A DNA stretch of 64,000 nt from the human T2T-CHM13v2.0 reference genome, Homo sapiens (GCF_009914755.1 NC_060932.1); one strand, 5' to 3'; counted from the first letter of the stretch, positions 26,963-42,907 are shown. Made by a program: numbers and translations. Notes: generated by a model not told the origin, from the sequence alone.

Positions 26963-27266
26963 TTTTTTTTTTTTTTTTTTGAGACAGAGTCTTGTTCTGT
27001 CACCCAGGCTTGAGTGCAGTGGCCTGATCTTGGCTCACTGCAACCTGCGCATCCTGGGTTCGAGTTATTCTCCTGCCTCAGCCTCCTGAGTAGCTGGGAA
27101 TACAGGCATGCTCCACCATGTCAGGATAATTTTTTTGTGTATTTTTAGTAGAGACAGGGTTTTGCCACGTTGGCCAAGCTGGTCTCGAACTCCCGACCTC
27201 AAGCGATCCGCCTGCCTTGGCCTCCCAAAGTGCTGGGATTACAGACATGAGCCACCGTGCCCGGCC
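26963..27266 (-). mobile_element. AluS (Sx/Sz)
   Basis: TSD tgca(c/t)ctacat. Confidence 0.92.
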
Positions 27267-27323
27267 TGCATCTACATTCTTGTGGGATGTATGATAGAAG
27301 TAAATTGTTGTGTCATTGGGCAT

Positions 27324-27703
27324 TGATAGGGTTCGGCTGTGTCCCCACCCAAATCTCATCTTGAATTGTTAGTTCCCATAATCCCCATGTGTCTTGGGAG
27401 GGGCCAGGTGGGAGGTAATTTAATCATGGGGTCTGTTACCCTCATGCTGTTCTTGTGATAGTGAGTGAGTTCTTATGAGATTACCTCATGCTTTTATAAA
27501 GGGCTTTTCCCCCTTTGCTTGGCACTTCTCCTTGCTGCCACCATTTGAAGGAGGATGTGTTTGCTTCTCTTTTTGCCATGATTGTTAAGTTTTCGGAGGC
27601 CTCCCTAGCCATGCTTAACTGTGAGTCAGTTAGGCCTCTTTTCTTCATAAATTACCCAGTCTGGGGTTTGTCTTTATTAAAAGTGTGAGAATGGATTAAT
27701 ACA
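27324..27703 (+). mobile_element. THE1B-like solo LTR
   Basis: 'tgatagggttcggctgtgtccccacccaaatctcatcttgaattg'...'taataca', with TSD ggcat/ggtgt. Confidence 0.9.
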
Positions 27704-28125
27704 GGTGTGCTTATATTACTGGATTACTAGATCCAATTCTTTTCCATTGGTAAGTTTGTCTGCCCCTGCAGTACAGATTTATAATGAATCTTGATATTGG
27801 GCAAAAGTAAGTCAGTCAGCATCTTGGTTTTATTAGGATTGCCTTGATATTCTCAAGTCTTTGCATGTCCACATGAATCCTTAAATTAGCTTTTTAAGTT
27901 CCACCAAAAAAATACTTTTTTTAAAAAAAGAGGAATTGTATTGATTTTAGAAGTTGATTTTGGGGAAAATGGATATGTTGACAACACCGAGTCTTCCTGT
28001 CCATTAATGTGATATATTCATCCATTTAATTGGGTCCTTTAAAATTTCTCCCAAAAATATTTTGCAATTTTTAGCTTACAATTTCTTCATATTTTCTTAT
28101 GAGATATTTTCCTAGGCATTTTATA

Positions 28126-28435
28126 TTTTGTTTTGTTTTGTTTTCCCCTCTTGAAACAGGGTCTTTCTCTGCCACCCAGGCTGAAGTACAGCAACGTGAT
28201 CCTGGCTCACTGCAGCTTTGACGTGCTGGGCTCAAGCCATCCTCCCACCTCAGCCTCTCCAGTAGCTTGGGACGACAGGCATGTGGCACCGTGCTCAGCT
28301 ACTGTTTAAATTTTTTGTACAGATAGGGTCGTGCTATGGTGCCCAGGCTGGTCTCAAACTCCTGGGCTCAAGGTATTTTCCCACCTCAGGCTGCCAAAAG
28401 CAGTGGGATTACAGGCATGAGCCACCACACCTGGC
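28126..28435 (-). mobile_element. AluJ
   Basis: 'gggctcaagccatcctcccacc'. Confidence 0.9.
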
Positions 28436-29984
28436 AATTTTTTGATAGTATTATAAATGATATGTTTAAAATTTATTTTTAATTTTTTGCTACTATATAA
28501 ATATAGAATTAATTTTTAATACTGACCTAGCATCTTAAAATTTTCTTAACTTCACCTATTAATTGCAATATTCTTTTGAAAGAGTTTTTGTGTGTTGGCA
28601 GATTTTGTATACATAATTATATAACTTGCCAGCAGTGACAGTTTTATCTTTTCCTTTCTAATCAATTTGCCTTTTGTTTCTTTGCTTACCTTATTGTATT
28701 TTTAGGACTTTACCAACAACATTGAACAGAGTGGTCTAAAGTGAGTATCCTGGTCTTATTTCTAATCTCAGATGAAAGCTTTTCATGCTTCATTATTGAA
28801 TATGATATTTCCTGTAGTGTTTCAAAAAATATATTCTTTGGTCTTAATTTGCTAAAAATATTTCTTAAAGTCATGACAGGTTTTAAATTTTGTTAATATT
28901 TTCTGCATTTATCTGGATGATCCTATCTATGACTATTTTCTTTATTCTGTTAATGTGGTAAATTCAATAGGTTAATTTTTGAATTTTCATACATTACACT
29001 CTGGAATACCCAACGTGATAATGATCTATTATCTTTACATACATATACATAGATAGATAGATATCTCCATATATATATCTGTATATATATATAGATATAT
29101 GTAGATCTCCATATATATAATAGAATTTGATTTGCTAATCTTTTGTTAAGGATTTTTGCATCTATGATTATGTGAGAGATTAGGTAATAATTTTTCTTTC
29201 TTGGAGTGTTCTTTGAAAAGTTTTAAAATCAAGTCTATGTTAGCCTAAAAATACAGACAGAATATTCACTCTTTCAATTATTCTGGATGAATTTGTACAA
29301 ATTAGTATAATTTATTCCTTAAATATTCAGAAGATTTCCCCAAGAAAGCCATCTGGGTTTTTGTTGTGGGAAGGTTTTAATAAGTGTTTCAAATTTATTA
29401 TTAGATGCCAGACTATTCAGATATTAAATTCTGTCAGGTTTTGTAATTTGTATTTCTCAAGGAATTTGCACATTTCATTCAAATTTTCAAATGTATTAGC
29501 TAATTAACTGAATAACAGTACCATAATTAAGCTAATTAACACATTCATCATCTCACAAAATTATCATTTTCTCCTTCTCTTTCACTCCTCCTCCTTCTCC
29601 TCCTTTGTAGTAAGAACACTTAAGATGTACTTATTTTCTTAGCACATATCAAGTATACAATACAGTATTGTTAAGCATAGTCACCATGCTCTACATTAGA
29701 TCTCCAGAACTTATTCATGTTGCGTAACTTAAAATTTGCACCTCATTGACCAACATCTCCCTCTTTCCCTTATCCCTCAGACCCTGGCAATTCAGCATTC
29801 TACTCTCTGCTTCTACTCATTTGACTATCTCAGATCCCACATATGAATCAGATCATGCAGTATTTATTTTTTTTTGCACCTGGCTTATTTCACTTAGCAT
29901 AATGCCCTTCAGGCTCATCCATGTTGTCACATCTGACATGGTTCTTTTTTTTTTTTTTTAAGCTCAATAATATGTCACTATACA

Positions 29985-30043
29985 CACAGACAGACAGATA
30001 GATAGATAGATAGGTAGATAGACAGATAGATGATAGACAGATA
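29985..30043. repeat. (GATA/GACA)n microsatellite
   Basis: Direct reading. Confidence 0.9.
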
Positions 30044-32431
30044 GGGCAGATTTTCTTTACTCATATCCATTCGTACTTTGATGGACATTTAGGTTGTTCC
30101 CATATCTTCACTATTGTGAAACATGCTGCAGGTAACAATGGAAGTGTGGTTATCTCTTCAAAGACACCGATTTCAGTTCCTTTGGATATAGAAGAGGGAT
30201 TGCTGGAGTTTTTATGGAACCTCTGTACTGTCTTCCATGATGGCTGTGCCAATTTACACTCCAACCAACAATGTATATGGGTTCCCTTTTCTCCACATCC
30301 TTGCCAACACATGTTATCTTTTTGTCTTTTTGATAGTAGCTATCCTAACAGATGTGAGGCAATGACTCATAATGGCTTTGATTTGCATTTCCCTGATGAT
30401 TAGTGATGCTGACAACCTGTTAATGTACCTGTTGGCAATTTGTATGCCTTTTTTGGATAAATGTATATCCAGGTACTTTGCACATTTTATAATTGGGTTT
30501 TATTTGGGATTTACCTGTTTTCCTATTGAGTTGTTTGAGCTTTTTATATGTTTTGGGTTTTTTGTTTTTGTTTTTGCTTTTTTTGAGACAGAGTATCACT
30601 TTGTAGCCCACACTTAAGTGCAGTGGTCCAATTTCACTCATCTGCATGTGGATGTCCAGTTTTCTCAGCACTGTTTATTGAAGAGACTATCTTTTCCCTA
30701 CTGTGTGTTTTTGGTACCCTAGTCAAAGATCAGTTGCCTATAATGTACAGATTTATTTCTGGACCCTCTATTCTGTTTCATTGATCTATATGTCTGATTT
30801 TATGCCACCATCATACTTTTTTGATTACTGTAGATTTGTAGTATATTTTGAAATCAGGGCATGTTATACCTTTAGCTTTGTTCTTCTTGCTCAAGATTGA
30901 TAACTATTTGGAGTCTTTTGTGTTCCACGTGAATTTTAGGACTGTTTTTTCTATTCCTGAAAAGAATATCATTGGGATTTTAATAGCTATTACATAGAAT
31001 TTGTAGGTCATTTGTAGATCATTTGTAGATCATTTGTAGATCATTTAATAGCTATTACATAGAATTTGTAGATATGTAGAAAATATCATATATTTTCATT
31101 ATGTTAATTATTCCAATTCATAAAGATGGGCTATCTTTCCATTTATCTGTCTTCTTTGTTTCATCAATTTTAAAATAGTTTATCAGTATATAAAAGTATT
31201 TAATTTCACTGGTTAAGTTTACTCCCAAGTATTTAATTATTTTTGTTGTTATTGTAAATGAAATTTTCTTAATTTCTTTTTCAGATAGTTTCTTGTAAGT
31301 GCATAAAAATTCTACTGATTTTTGAATGCTGATTTTCTATACTGCAACTTTATTAAATTCATTTATTACCTCTAACAGTTTTTTGTATAGCATTTAAGGT
31401 TTTCTACGTATATGATCCTATCCTTTGCAAACAGAGATAATTTTAATTCTTCCTTTCCAATTTAAATGTTTTTATTTCTTTTTCTTGTCTAACTGCTCTG
31501 GCTGAAACTTATAGTACTATGTTGAATGTAAGTGGTGGGAGAAGGCTTCTTTAGTGGATAGTAAAGAAAAAGGTTTCAGTTTTTCTCCATTGATTATGAT
31601 ATTAGTTGTAGCATTTTTATATATGGCCTTTATTGTGCTGAGGTAAGTTCCTTATATACCTATTTTGTTGAAAGTATTTTTTTTTATCATGAATGGTATT
31701 GAATTTTGTCAAACACTTTTTCTGTATTTTTGGGATCATTATATGGTTCTTATCTTTCATTCTGTTACTATGGCGCATCACATTGATTGATTTTAGTATG
31801 TTGCATTCTAGAGAAAAATCCCACTTATTCATGGTGTATGATACTTTTAATATGCCGTCGAATTCAGTTTGCTAGTATTTTATTGAAGTTTCTTCATCTG
31901 CATTCATCAGGAATATTGGCCCATCATTTTCTCTTTTTGTAGTGTGTTTATCTGGATTTGGTATTACAAATGGCCTCATAAAATGAGTTTTGAAGTATTC
32001 CCTCTTCTGTTTTTTAAGAAGAGTTTTAAAAGAATTGGTATTATTATTTGAATGTTTGGCAGAATTCACCTGTGAAGGCATCTGGTCCTGGGCTGTTCCT
32101 TGTTGAGAGGTTTTGGTTTACTGATTCGACATCCTTACTCACTGTTGGTCTGTTCGGGCTTTCTGTTTATTTTAGATTCAGTCATGGTGGGTTGTCTGTT
32201 TCTAGGAATTTATTATTTTTTTGGTTATCTAATTTGTTGGTGTATAATTGTTCCTAATCATCTCTTAAGAGCTTTTGTATTTCTGAGTCATCGATTGTCA
32301 TGTCTCATCTTTCATTTCTGATTTTACTTAAGTCTCCTCTTTTTTTCTTAGTTAAGCTAAGGGTTTGTCAATATGGGTTATCTTTATCTTTTGTTTATCT
32401 ATTTGTTAATATTTCTTTTGTTTCTGTTTTT

Positions 32432-32736
32432 ATTTATTATTATTATTATTTGAGACACAGTCTCACTCTGTTGCCCAGGCTGGAGTGCAGTAGTGCAATC
32501 ATGGCTCACTGCAGCCTTGAGCTCCTGAGCTGAAGTAATCCTCCCACTTTAGCCTCCCAAGTAGCTGAGAGTACAGGTGCACACCACAGTGCCTAGCTCA
32601 TTAAAAAAATATTTTTTGTGTGGAGACAGGAGTTTTACTATGTTGCCCAGGCTGGCCTCGAACTCCTGGGCTCAAGTGATCCTCCTGCTTTGGCCTCCCA
32701 AGGCTCTGATTGCAGGCATGAGACACCATGCCTAGC
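32432..32736 (-). mobile_element. AluJ
   Basis: Antisense dimeric Alu with (TTA)n tail. Confidence 0.9.
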
Positions 32737-34008
32737 ATATATTGTCCATATTCTCTATTTCATTTATTTCTGCTATAATTTGTATTTTCTTCCTTCTGTT
32801 AATATTATACTTTAATCTTTTTTATAGTTCCTTATTTATTGGAGATATATTTTCTTTTCTAATGTAGACAATTATCAATGTAAACTTCTCTCAGTATTGT
32901 TTTTGCTGTGTCTTATAAAGTTGTGTGTGTTGTGTTTCCATTTTCATTAGTCTCAAGATATTTTTTTAAATTGCTGTTGACTTCCTCTTTGACACAATGG
33001 TTGTTCAAGAGTGGATTGTTTAGTTTTTATTATTTATGAATTTTCTCATTTTCTCTTTGCTTCTTATTTCTAATTGCATTTGATTGTGTTCAGAAAAGAT
33101 ACATGCTATGATTTCAATCTTCTTAAATTTGTTGACTTGTTTTGTGACCTAACCGATGATCTGTCCTAGAGAATGCCCTGTGAACACTTGAAAAATATGT
33201 ATATATATTCTGCTGTTGGGTAGAAAATTCTGAATATGTTTCTTAGGTCTATTTGATCTGCAGTGTTGCTTAAGTCAGCTGTTTATTGATTTTCTATCTG
33301 TTATTAATGTGACATCCACTTTAATTCCTAGTATCGATAATTGTGTTTTCTCCCATTTTTCTTGATTAGGTAGTTTTAGAGGCTTATCAATTGTAACATT
33401 TATTTTAAATAATTTAATTTTGTCTTTTTTGGTTTTTCTGTATTTTGCACTTGTTTTCTATGCCATTGATTTCTCCCAGTATGTTTGTCATGCTTTTCTT
33501 CATAGTTTTCTTTAGTTTGATTTGATCTTCCTTTGGTCTAGATTCTTAAACAGAAACTTCAAATCATTCAACTTTGAACCTATTTCACTTTATTTTCTCA
33601 TCTTTTTCTTTAAACATTTATTTTTATCTTACTTTTTTTCATCTTACCTTCAGCTCCAGCTGAAAGGATTATTTTTTAATATACACATTTTAAAGCTGTA
33701 CATTTTTCTCTCACCATTGCTTTTGCTACAACTTGCAAGTTTGGATATTTTGTATCTTCTATGTCATTCATTTCAAAATATTTTCTAATTTATATTTTGA
33801 GTTCTTATTTTGCCATTGAAGTTTTTCAAAAATAATGTGCGTTCATTAATTTTCACAAAGTGGAGTTTTAGGGGTTATATTTTTGTGGCCAAAGAATGCA
33901 CTGTGAAGGATAACGATCTTTTGAATTATGTTGAGGCTTTTTTTTTATTTTGTACAGCCCAGCTCTAATGGTAAGGGTTTTATGTATACTTGAAAATAGT
34001 ATCATTAT

Positions 34009-34359
34009 TGGGTTTATTTCTGGGTTGTCTATTCTGTTCCATTGGTCTATGTGCCTATTTTTATACCAATGCCACACATTTTGGTGACTATGGCCTTATA
34101 GTATAGTTTGAAATCTGGTACTGTGATATCTCCAGATTTGTTCTTTTTGCTTAGTTTTGCTTTGGCTATGCAGGCTCTGTTTTGGTTCCATATGAATTTT
34201 CAAATTGTTTTTTCTAACTCTGTGAGGAATGATGGTGGTATTTTGATGGGGATTGCATTGAATTTGTAGATTGGTTTTGGCAGTATGGTCATTTTCACAA
34301 TATTGATTCTACCCATCCATGAGCATGGGATGTGTTTCCGTGTGTTTCTGTTGTCTATG
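34009..34359 (-). mobile_element. Internal L1PB-like ORF2 fragment without 3'UTR or poly(A)
   Basis: ORF 33868..34077 begins [20 protein letters not shown]. It is far less diverged than the flanking L1ME. Confidence 0.8.
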
Positions 34360-34639
34360 GGTGCAGAGTTCTAAATATGACAGTTTAGTTTGTTTGCCTA
34401 TTAGGCTATTCAGACATTCTGTATGGACTTTCATTTTCTTTATCTGCTTTTCCTATCAGTTAGTGAGAGACATGTGCTAAAGTTCGCACAATAGTTAAGG
34501 ATTTGTACATTTCTCCTTCTATAGTAGTTTTGTTAATTTTTGTTTTATGAAGTTTGTAGCTGTACCACAGGATTTATACAAATTAGGATTATGATGTTCT
34601 CTGTTTGACATTTTTTGCTTTAGAAACTGTACCTATTCA

Positions 34640-35240
34640 TTTATTTTAAGAACCTTATTGAAATTTAGTTCGTATACCACACAATTCATCCATTTAAAAT
34701 ATGCAATTCAATATCTTTGATTATTGACAGAGTTGTGTAACTATCACCACAAATGCTTAGAATATTTTCAGCAATCCCCAAAGACATCTTGTATCCAATA
34801 GCTATCACTCCCCGCTACCTCACATTAACCTTCATAGACTGAGGCAACCATTAATATACTTTTTGTCTTTATAGATTTGCCTATACTGAGGATTTTATAT
34901 AAATAGGATCATATAATATGCTGTCTTTTGTAACTTGTTTTTTTCATTTTGCAAAATGTTTTCAGAGTCTATGTGTGTTTTAGCATGTACTTGATTCCTT
35001 TTTATTGCTAAATAGCATTCCATTTAATGTGTATACAACATATTGCATATTGTTTCCCTATTGTGGACATTTGGCTTGTTTTCACTTTTTGGCTATCATG
35101 AATAATGCAGCTTTTAACCTTCTTGTACAAGTTTTTGAGTGAACATACATTTTCGCTTCTCATGACCCCATACTTATGAACTCCTGGGTCATATGGTCAC
35201 TCTATGTTTAATCTTTTGAGCAACTGCCAGAATATTCTGT
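34640..35240 (-). mobile_element. L1MB 3' end
   Basis: 'ttgacagagttgtgtaactatcaccaca...tagaatattttca'. Confidence 0.75.
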
Positions 35241-36255
35241 GGTTCTTTCTTGTTAATAATATTTGCTTATTTAAAATTAGCTTTTTCTGACATTGGAAAC
35301 TTTCTTTTGGTTAGTGCTTACATGATACTATGGTATATATTTTTTCAAAGATTTGTCTGTCTTATATTTAAACTGTTTACTTTTAAACACTACACAGTTA
35401 TGGTTTCTTTTTCTCTGACAATTTCATTTAGTCTTCTATTTGGAGTTTTTAAGATTTAATGTAGTTACTGATAAAACTAGGTTTATATCTATCTTCTTAC
35501 TAGTAATTTTCTATGGGCCCATTTGTTTTTTATGTTTCTTTTATTTTAAAAATAGTTTCCTGCTTTCTCTTTCATTATCAAATATTTTTATTATTATACA
35601 TTTTTCATAAATTTGTTAGTTATATGTTCTCTTATTAGTTTTCTAGAGCTTACAACATGTATTTCTTACTTATTACAGCCCAACAGAAGTGATTGCTTTT
35701 CTCGTGTTACTAATACTATTAAACCCTTAGAATCTTAAAATTCCATTTAATATCTCCTATGTGTTATTAATATGTTTTAGTTCTACATATAATTTTAACT
35801 CCCCAAAGCATTACAATTATTGTTTTATAAAAATAATATTCACTTATATTTATAATTCCAAATAGTCTTCATTTCTTTTTACATTTTAACTTTTTTCTCT
35901 GGAATCTGATGGGACCTTCTGCTTGAAGAATTTTCTTTGTTCTTTTTCTGTTGGGGCAGGTTTTCTGGCCACAAATATTTTAGTCTTTGTCTGAAAACTT
36001 CTTAATTTTACCCTCATTTTCAAAGACTATTTTTACTGGTTATAACATTCTAGCTGGACTATATTTGATCAAATTTTAAAAATGTCTGATAAAAGTTTAT
36101 TGCCTTCTGGTTTATATTACTTCTTTTGAGAAATCAGCTGTCACTCTTATTGTTCTTTTGAATGCAGTATGTGATTTTATCTCTCCTCTCATTGCTTTCC
36201 AGATTTTCTCTTTGCCAGTGGTTTTCAGGAAATTTACCTTAATTTACATAGATAG

Positions 36256-36303
36256 GTGTGTGTGTGTGTGTGTGTGCGCGTGCGTGCATGTGTGTGTGTG
36301 TGT
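36256..36303. repeat. (TG)n/(CG) compound microsatellite
   Basis: Direct reading. Confidence 0.93.
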
Positions 36304-36684
36304 ATTCTGCTTGGGGTTAATTGACCCTCTTGAATTTTGAGGTTGATATCTTTCATCCATTTTGAGAAAATTGTCAACACTGTGGTCTTTGAAGATGGCT
36401 CTGTCTCATTCCCTCTACATCCTTTCTAGAATTACAAGCCTATATATATTAGCCTCTTTGAATATATCTCTCTAGTGTCTTGTGCTCATTTCTGTCTTTT
36501 TTTCTAATCTTTTAAAATCTCTGTTTCAATATGTGTGTTTTTATTGACCTGTTCACTAACTGCTGATTATTTCATTAATCCTATGATGTTCTGCTTCTAA
36601 ACCCATGCATTGAATCTCAAATATTGTATTTTTAGTTTCAGACTATTCTTTTGACTCTGCTTTACAGATTCCATTCTCTGTTGA

Positions 36685-37062
<378 letters not shown>

Positions 37063-38139
37063 TAAATATATGCTAGCTATTGTGTGTAGTGAAATTATAG
37101 ACACTCCAAATGGTCTTATATTTCATTCTCCCATTTCTCTTAGAAAGACAGTGTGAGAAGCTAAACATCTCAGTCCAGTCAGAAATAGATCTGAGTCAGG
37201 ACTGGTTTGTAGTTTTAATCAGATCAAGCTACCCATGCTTTACCTCTTTACTTAATGTATGGCCATCCTAAGCTTTCTTTAAGAGTCTTCAGCAATTCAT
37301 ATTTTAGCTCTGGAAGATTTCAGAGATCAAGTTTTTTTCTCCATAGTTTCCAGCCCAGCTTCCCAACCTCCACTTCCATATAGCTTCAAAATTTGACAAA
37401 TATTTGTAGGGAAAGATTGGCAGTTTGAAGCAGGCCTCCTACTTGCAAATTTCTTTATTCTAAGCACCATGAACCTGCAGGAAATTTTACTCTGCCTTGT
37501 AGAAACTTTCAGCCTACTGTCCTAGTCATCTACTCAGCACTGGAATTTAGCAAGTTTCTCATAGGGAAAACTGGCTATGCATTTGCACTCTCCGAAATTT
37601 CTAAACTGTTAGTCCACCACCACAGAATCTCTACAAAGCTTACTGATGTCCTCATTCTCCCCAAAAGAGTTTCTCAGTGAACACTATCCTTATCTTATTC
37701 ACAGGATTGGCAAATGCTCCTAGATGAACAAAAAGGTTGGATATAATCAGGTCACCTAGGAAATATTCTCCTCTCGAGCTGTAGATCATCTAATTCTCCT
37801 TGCTTCCATAGCTCTTTGATGCCTAAAATATATTTTGGGGTTTTTTTTGTTTGGTAATATGTCTGACTTCTGGTTATTGCAGCAGAAACATTGGCTTGTA
37901 TACAGAAGTCTAGGCTGCATTAATATTTTAAACAGGTGGTAGTCTTTCAGCTGTCTGGGGTCAGGGTTTTAGAAGGCTCAGAAGTACCCTTTTTGTCTTT
38001 TTCATGTTTATGAATGTTACCCATTCATTGATTGATTGATTCAGAAATTAGTGACTGCTGGCTGTAGGTGCATGTTAGTCATAGTGTTTTTATAAATTTC
38101 CAAACTGGGGGCTGGAATAAGCATTGCCTTTGTTCTTGT

Positions 38140-38280
38140 TTAAAATACAGATTAAAGGGAGTCAATTCTGGAGTTTATTCTGAATGATTGGGTTGGAACC
38201 TGGGGATCTGTAATTTTAATACACTTCCCAGGCAATTCTGATGCAGTCCATTTACACAAAGGCATTTGGAAACCACTGAA
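38140..38280. mobile_element. MER5-like hAT element
   Basis: 'ctggggatctgtaattttaatacacttcccaggcaattctgatgcag...gaaaccactg'. Confidence 0.7.
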
Positions 38281-39859
38281 GTAGGCCTGAAGTGATTAAA
38301 AAGTAATGTTCCGAGTCACTATCTTTGTGATGGAATACAGGAAATTTTATGGACTGTAAATCGGAGAGAAGATCAATTTTCAGTTCCCATTGCCAGTAGG
38401 TATACAGATATAGATCTCTGAAAGAAAGTTTAAAACCACTTCCCGACATCATCACAGTACATAAAAGAAAGTAAAGGTAATATAAAGAACATAAAGGCCA
38501 GAAATAAGAATTCTGATCCTACAGGTAGAGCACTATCTCTCACCTGAGCTGTAGTAAGTTCTCCTGGAGGCTGAAAGCCATGCCTAGGAGTAACTAGAAA
38601 ATATGAATAACTTTGTGTGATTACTAATTAAGTTTCTGAAATAAAAAGCAAACACTTCTGAGAAGACCAGATTTTGTCAAAGAAGAGCAATGTGCCTCAC
38701 ACAGAAGAAGGGCCACTCTAGACCCACACTGCTCCTGTGGCCACCCTATACCATTATAACCAGAGTTTCAGTGAAGAGGAAATAGAATATGATGCAAAGA
38801 CCATAACTACTCTTTGTAAGTAATTATATATTTAGAAATCAATTTATAAGAGACCTCATTTCAAAATACAGGTCTGGTTATTTGCAATAAGTCAATTTAT
38901 TGTCTTCACAGTTTCAAATTCTAGAAAAATCCTTGCTTGGTGGTGCTCTCTACCTATTGAATCAAGAGTCTGACACCCAGAAATGGCCAAAGAGGTCAAT
39001 CGAAGTGATGTTTACCACATTCTCTCTAAATGAAACTTACTCTGCATGTGCCACTCATGAGGTGACACACTGAAGATGCCATCACCATCCAGAGGTCATA
39101 GGATGAGAACAAACATACTGGATGCACTGTGACAATGTGAGGCTGTGTTGAGAATATTCTACATCTTCTAAATATGGGAGTAATGTAAGTGACTCTGCCT
39201 CTCTGGGGAAGGAGGAGTGAGAAGATTCTTCCCGTATTTTTCTTCGTGAGAAGGGGAGTAGACATCGCCTCCTACTGCAAGTGCCATTCTTCTCCTTTTA
39301 CAATGCCCAATACCGTGGCATTGTCCTAAGTAACACAGGGACTGTCACAAGCTCACTGTCTCCAGTATTGTCCTTACTTAAAGTGCCCATGGTCTCTCGT
39401 TCTCTCTCTTATTTTCCATTGTCTTTTCGCTCTCTTCTACACAATACCAACAGAAATACTTGGTCTATATTTTAGGTAGTACGTTCCACCCTTCACAAAT
39501 AAGGGGTTATACTATACCTGTGAAGATCTTCATCCAAGACTTTACAGGATGCTGTAGAGGAAGACATTGAGAGGAAATCAGGTCATAATAAATATCCCCA
39601 GCTCATATGTTAAAGCAGCAGATTACCTGGGAATCAGCCCTACTAGAAAGCTGCTGTTTTGGCTACCCATCTATTCTATCTAGCTGCAACACATGGATTA
39701 AGAAGACACTTTTCAAGGAGGTTTTTTTATTGCTGCCAAACAAAAATATTCAGTTTGGAGTTACATGTTCTTGCAACTCATTTATACCATTGATAAATCA
39801 ATCTCATTGATGATGCTCTGGTGCCTCCTGCTTCATATAGCTAGGAATCTCTAAATTTA

Positions 39860-40250
39860 ACATCACAAACTCAAATATCTACAGGCATCAAGTAAACCAT
39901 GTAAATGAGCAAAGCAGAAAGGTGGCAGTTATGAGTAAGAATGGGAAGTGTGGCAAACAGAAAGTAGCCACCCCACTTGAAGAGGCAGCAGCTACATCGT
40001 TTCATGGTTTGCCATGATTTTGCATGGTAAATCAGCTGTCTTCTATTTAAAAAAAAGAAAAAGAAAAGAAAATAAAACAGAGAAACTCAGACTTTTATGT
40101 TAGATACTCAGAATATGAAATATTTAAACCCAAATTAAAAAAGAAAAACCCCCACCACACTAATATAAGACAAATAAAAACAAAATAAAACACAACCCCA
40201 AGCTAAGATATCCAGCCTGAATTCAGCCTATACCTGCACATTTACAGCTG
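39860..40250. mobile_element. MER102-like hAT-Charlie element
   Basis: 'caaactcaaatatctacagg...gtaaatgag...gaggcagcagctac'. Confidence 0.6.
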
Positions 40251-40599
40251 CTCTTCTGTATTAATTCATTTGATTCTTGACCCACCTGGACGTCTTTTTA
40301 CCAGATAGGGCCTGAGTACGTTCCCTGCCAGTAAGTCTTCTCTGCCTGACACCCGTGTTATAGCCCCTGCTCCAAAAGTGTGAATTTGCAGAGCCAAGTT
40401 CCCCTTCTTGTTCATTCTCAGAGTTCCAGAATCAGAAAAAAATGTTTTTCAAATTAGAGTTTGACTCTTAAGGAAAACTGTCATTTTCATAATGTGAGCC
40501 ATGGAATGTCAATTTCAAATTTGTTCGATTTTCAGATTTTCATATTGGACCCGGCACAGAGTAGAAAGTTTTTAGATTAGCTTTGAGAGTGTGAGCAAA

Positions 40600-40810
40600 T
40601 CCTTGATGAAGAGTCTGACAGAAGCATCTTCTAATCTTGTCTCTGACACTTCTTAGCAGCAAGAACTTGTTAAAGTCCCTCAGATTCATTTCGTTTTCAT
40701 TTTCTCATATGCAAAATGGAGATACTAATAGAAGATTGTTATATGGATTAAATAGGACAGAATATAAGATAGTACCAAGAAAATCACTAAGTGCTGTTGA
40801 AACACAGGAC
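40600..40810 (+). mobile_element. MIR
   Basis: 'ttttctcatatgcaaaatggagatactaatag'. Confidence 0.65.
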
Positions 40811-41014
40811 ATGATTATGATTGATGCTTTTAATATTTAAATCTAAGCTTGTCTTAGAATTTCTTTTGTTTTATTGACATTCCCGTTTTCCTTTTTTATC
40901 TCATAAAATGGAATTAAGAAAAGGTCATGTATAAAAATGAAAAAGCTAATTTGCAAAACAGGGTCAGATTTTAATTAAATATATTGACCTGATGCAATAG
41001 TTTCTTCAAAATTT

Positions 41015-42830
<1,816 letters not shown>

Positions 42831-42907
42831 AGAGAGTGTGTAAAGGAGATAAAAAAGCAGACTAAATCAAAGATGCAATGAAACTGATGACCAAGAGTTA
42901 TAGATTA

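Larger units (their letters stand above)
29500..33310 (-). mobile_element. L1MA (MA9-like) 3'UTR plus ORF2 nested in L1ME
   Basis: 'aagctaattaacacattcatcatctcaca', and ORF 30061..30312 with C-terminal L1 motif HCW.ECKL.QP.WK. Confidence 0.8.

Noticed and set aside
30978-31080. CRISPR-like repeat array
   Set aside because: Tandem units without unique spacers, eukaryotic L1 context, and no cas genes.
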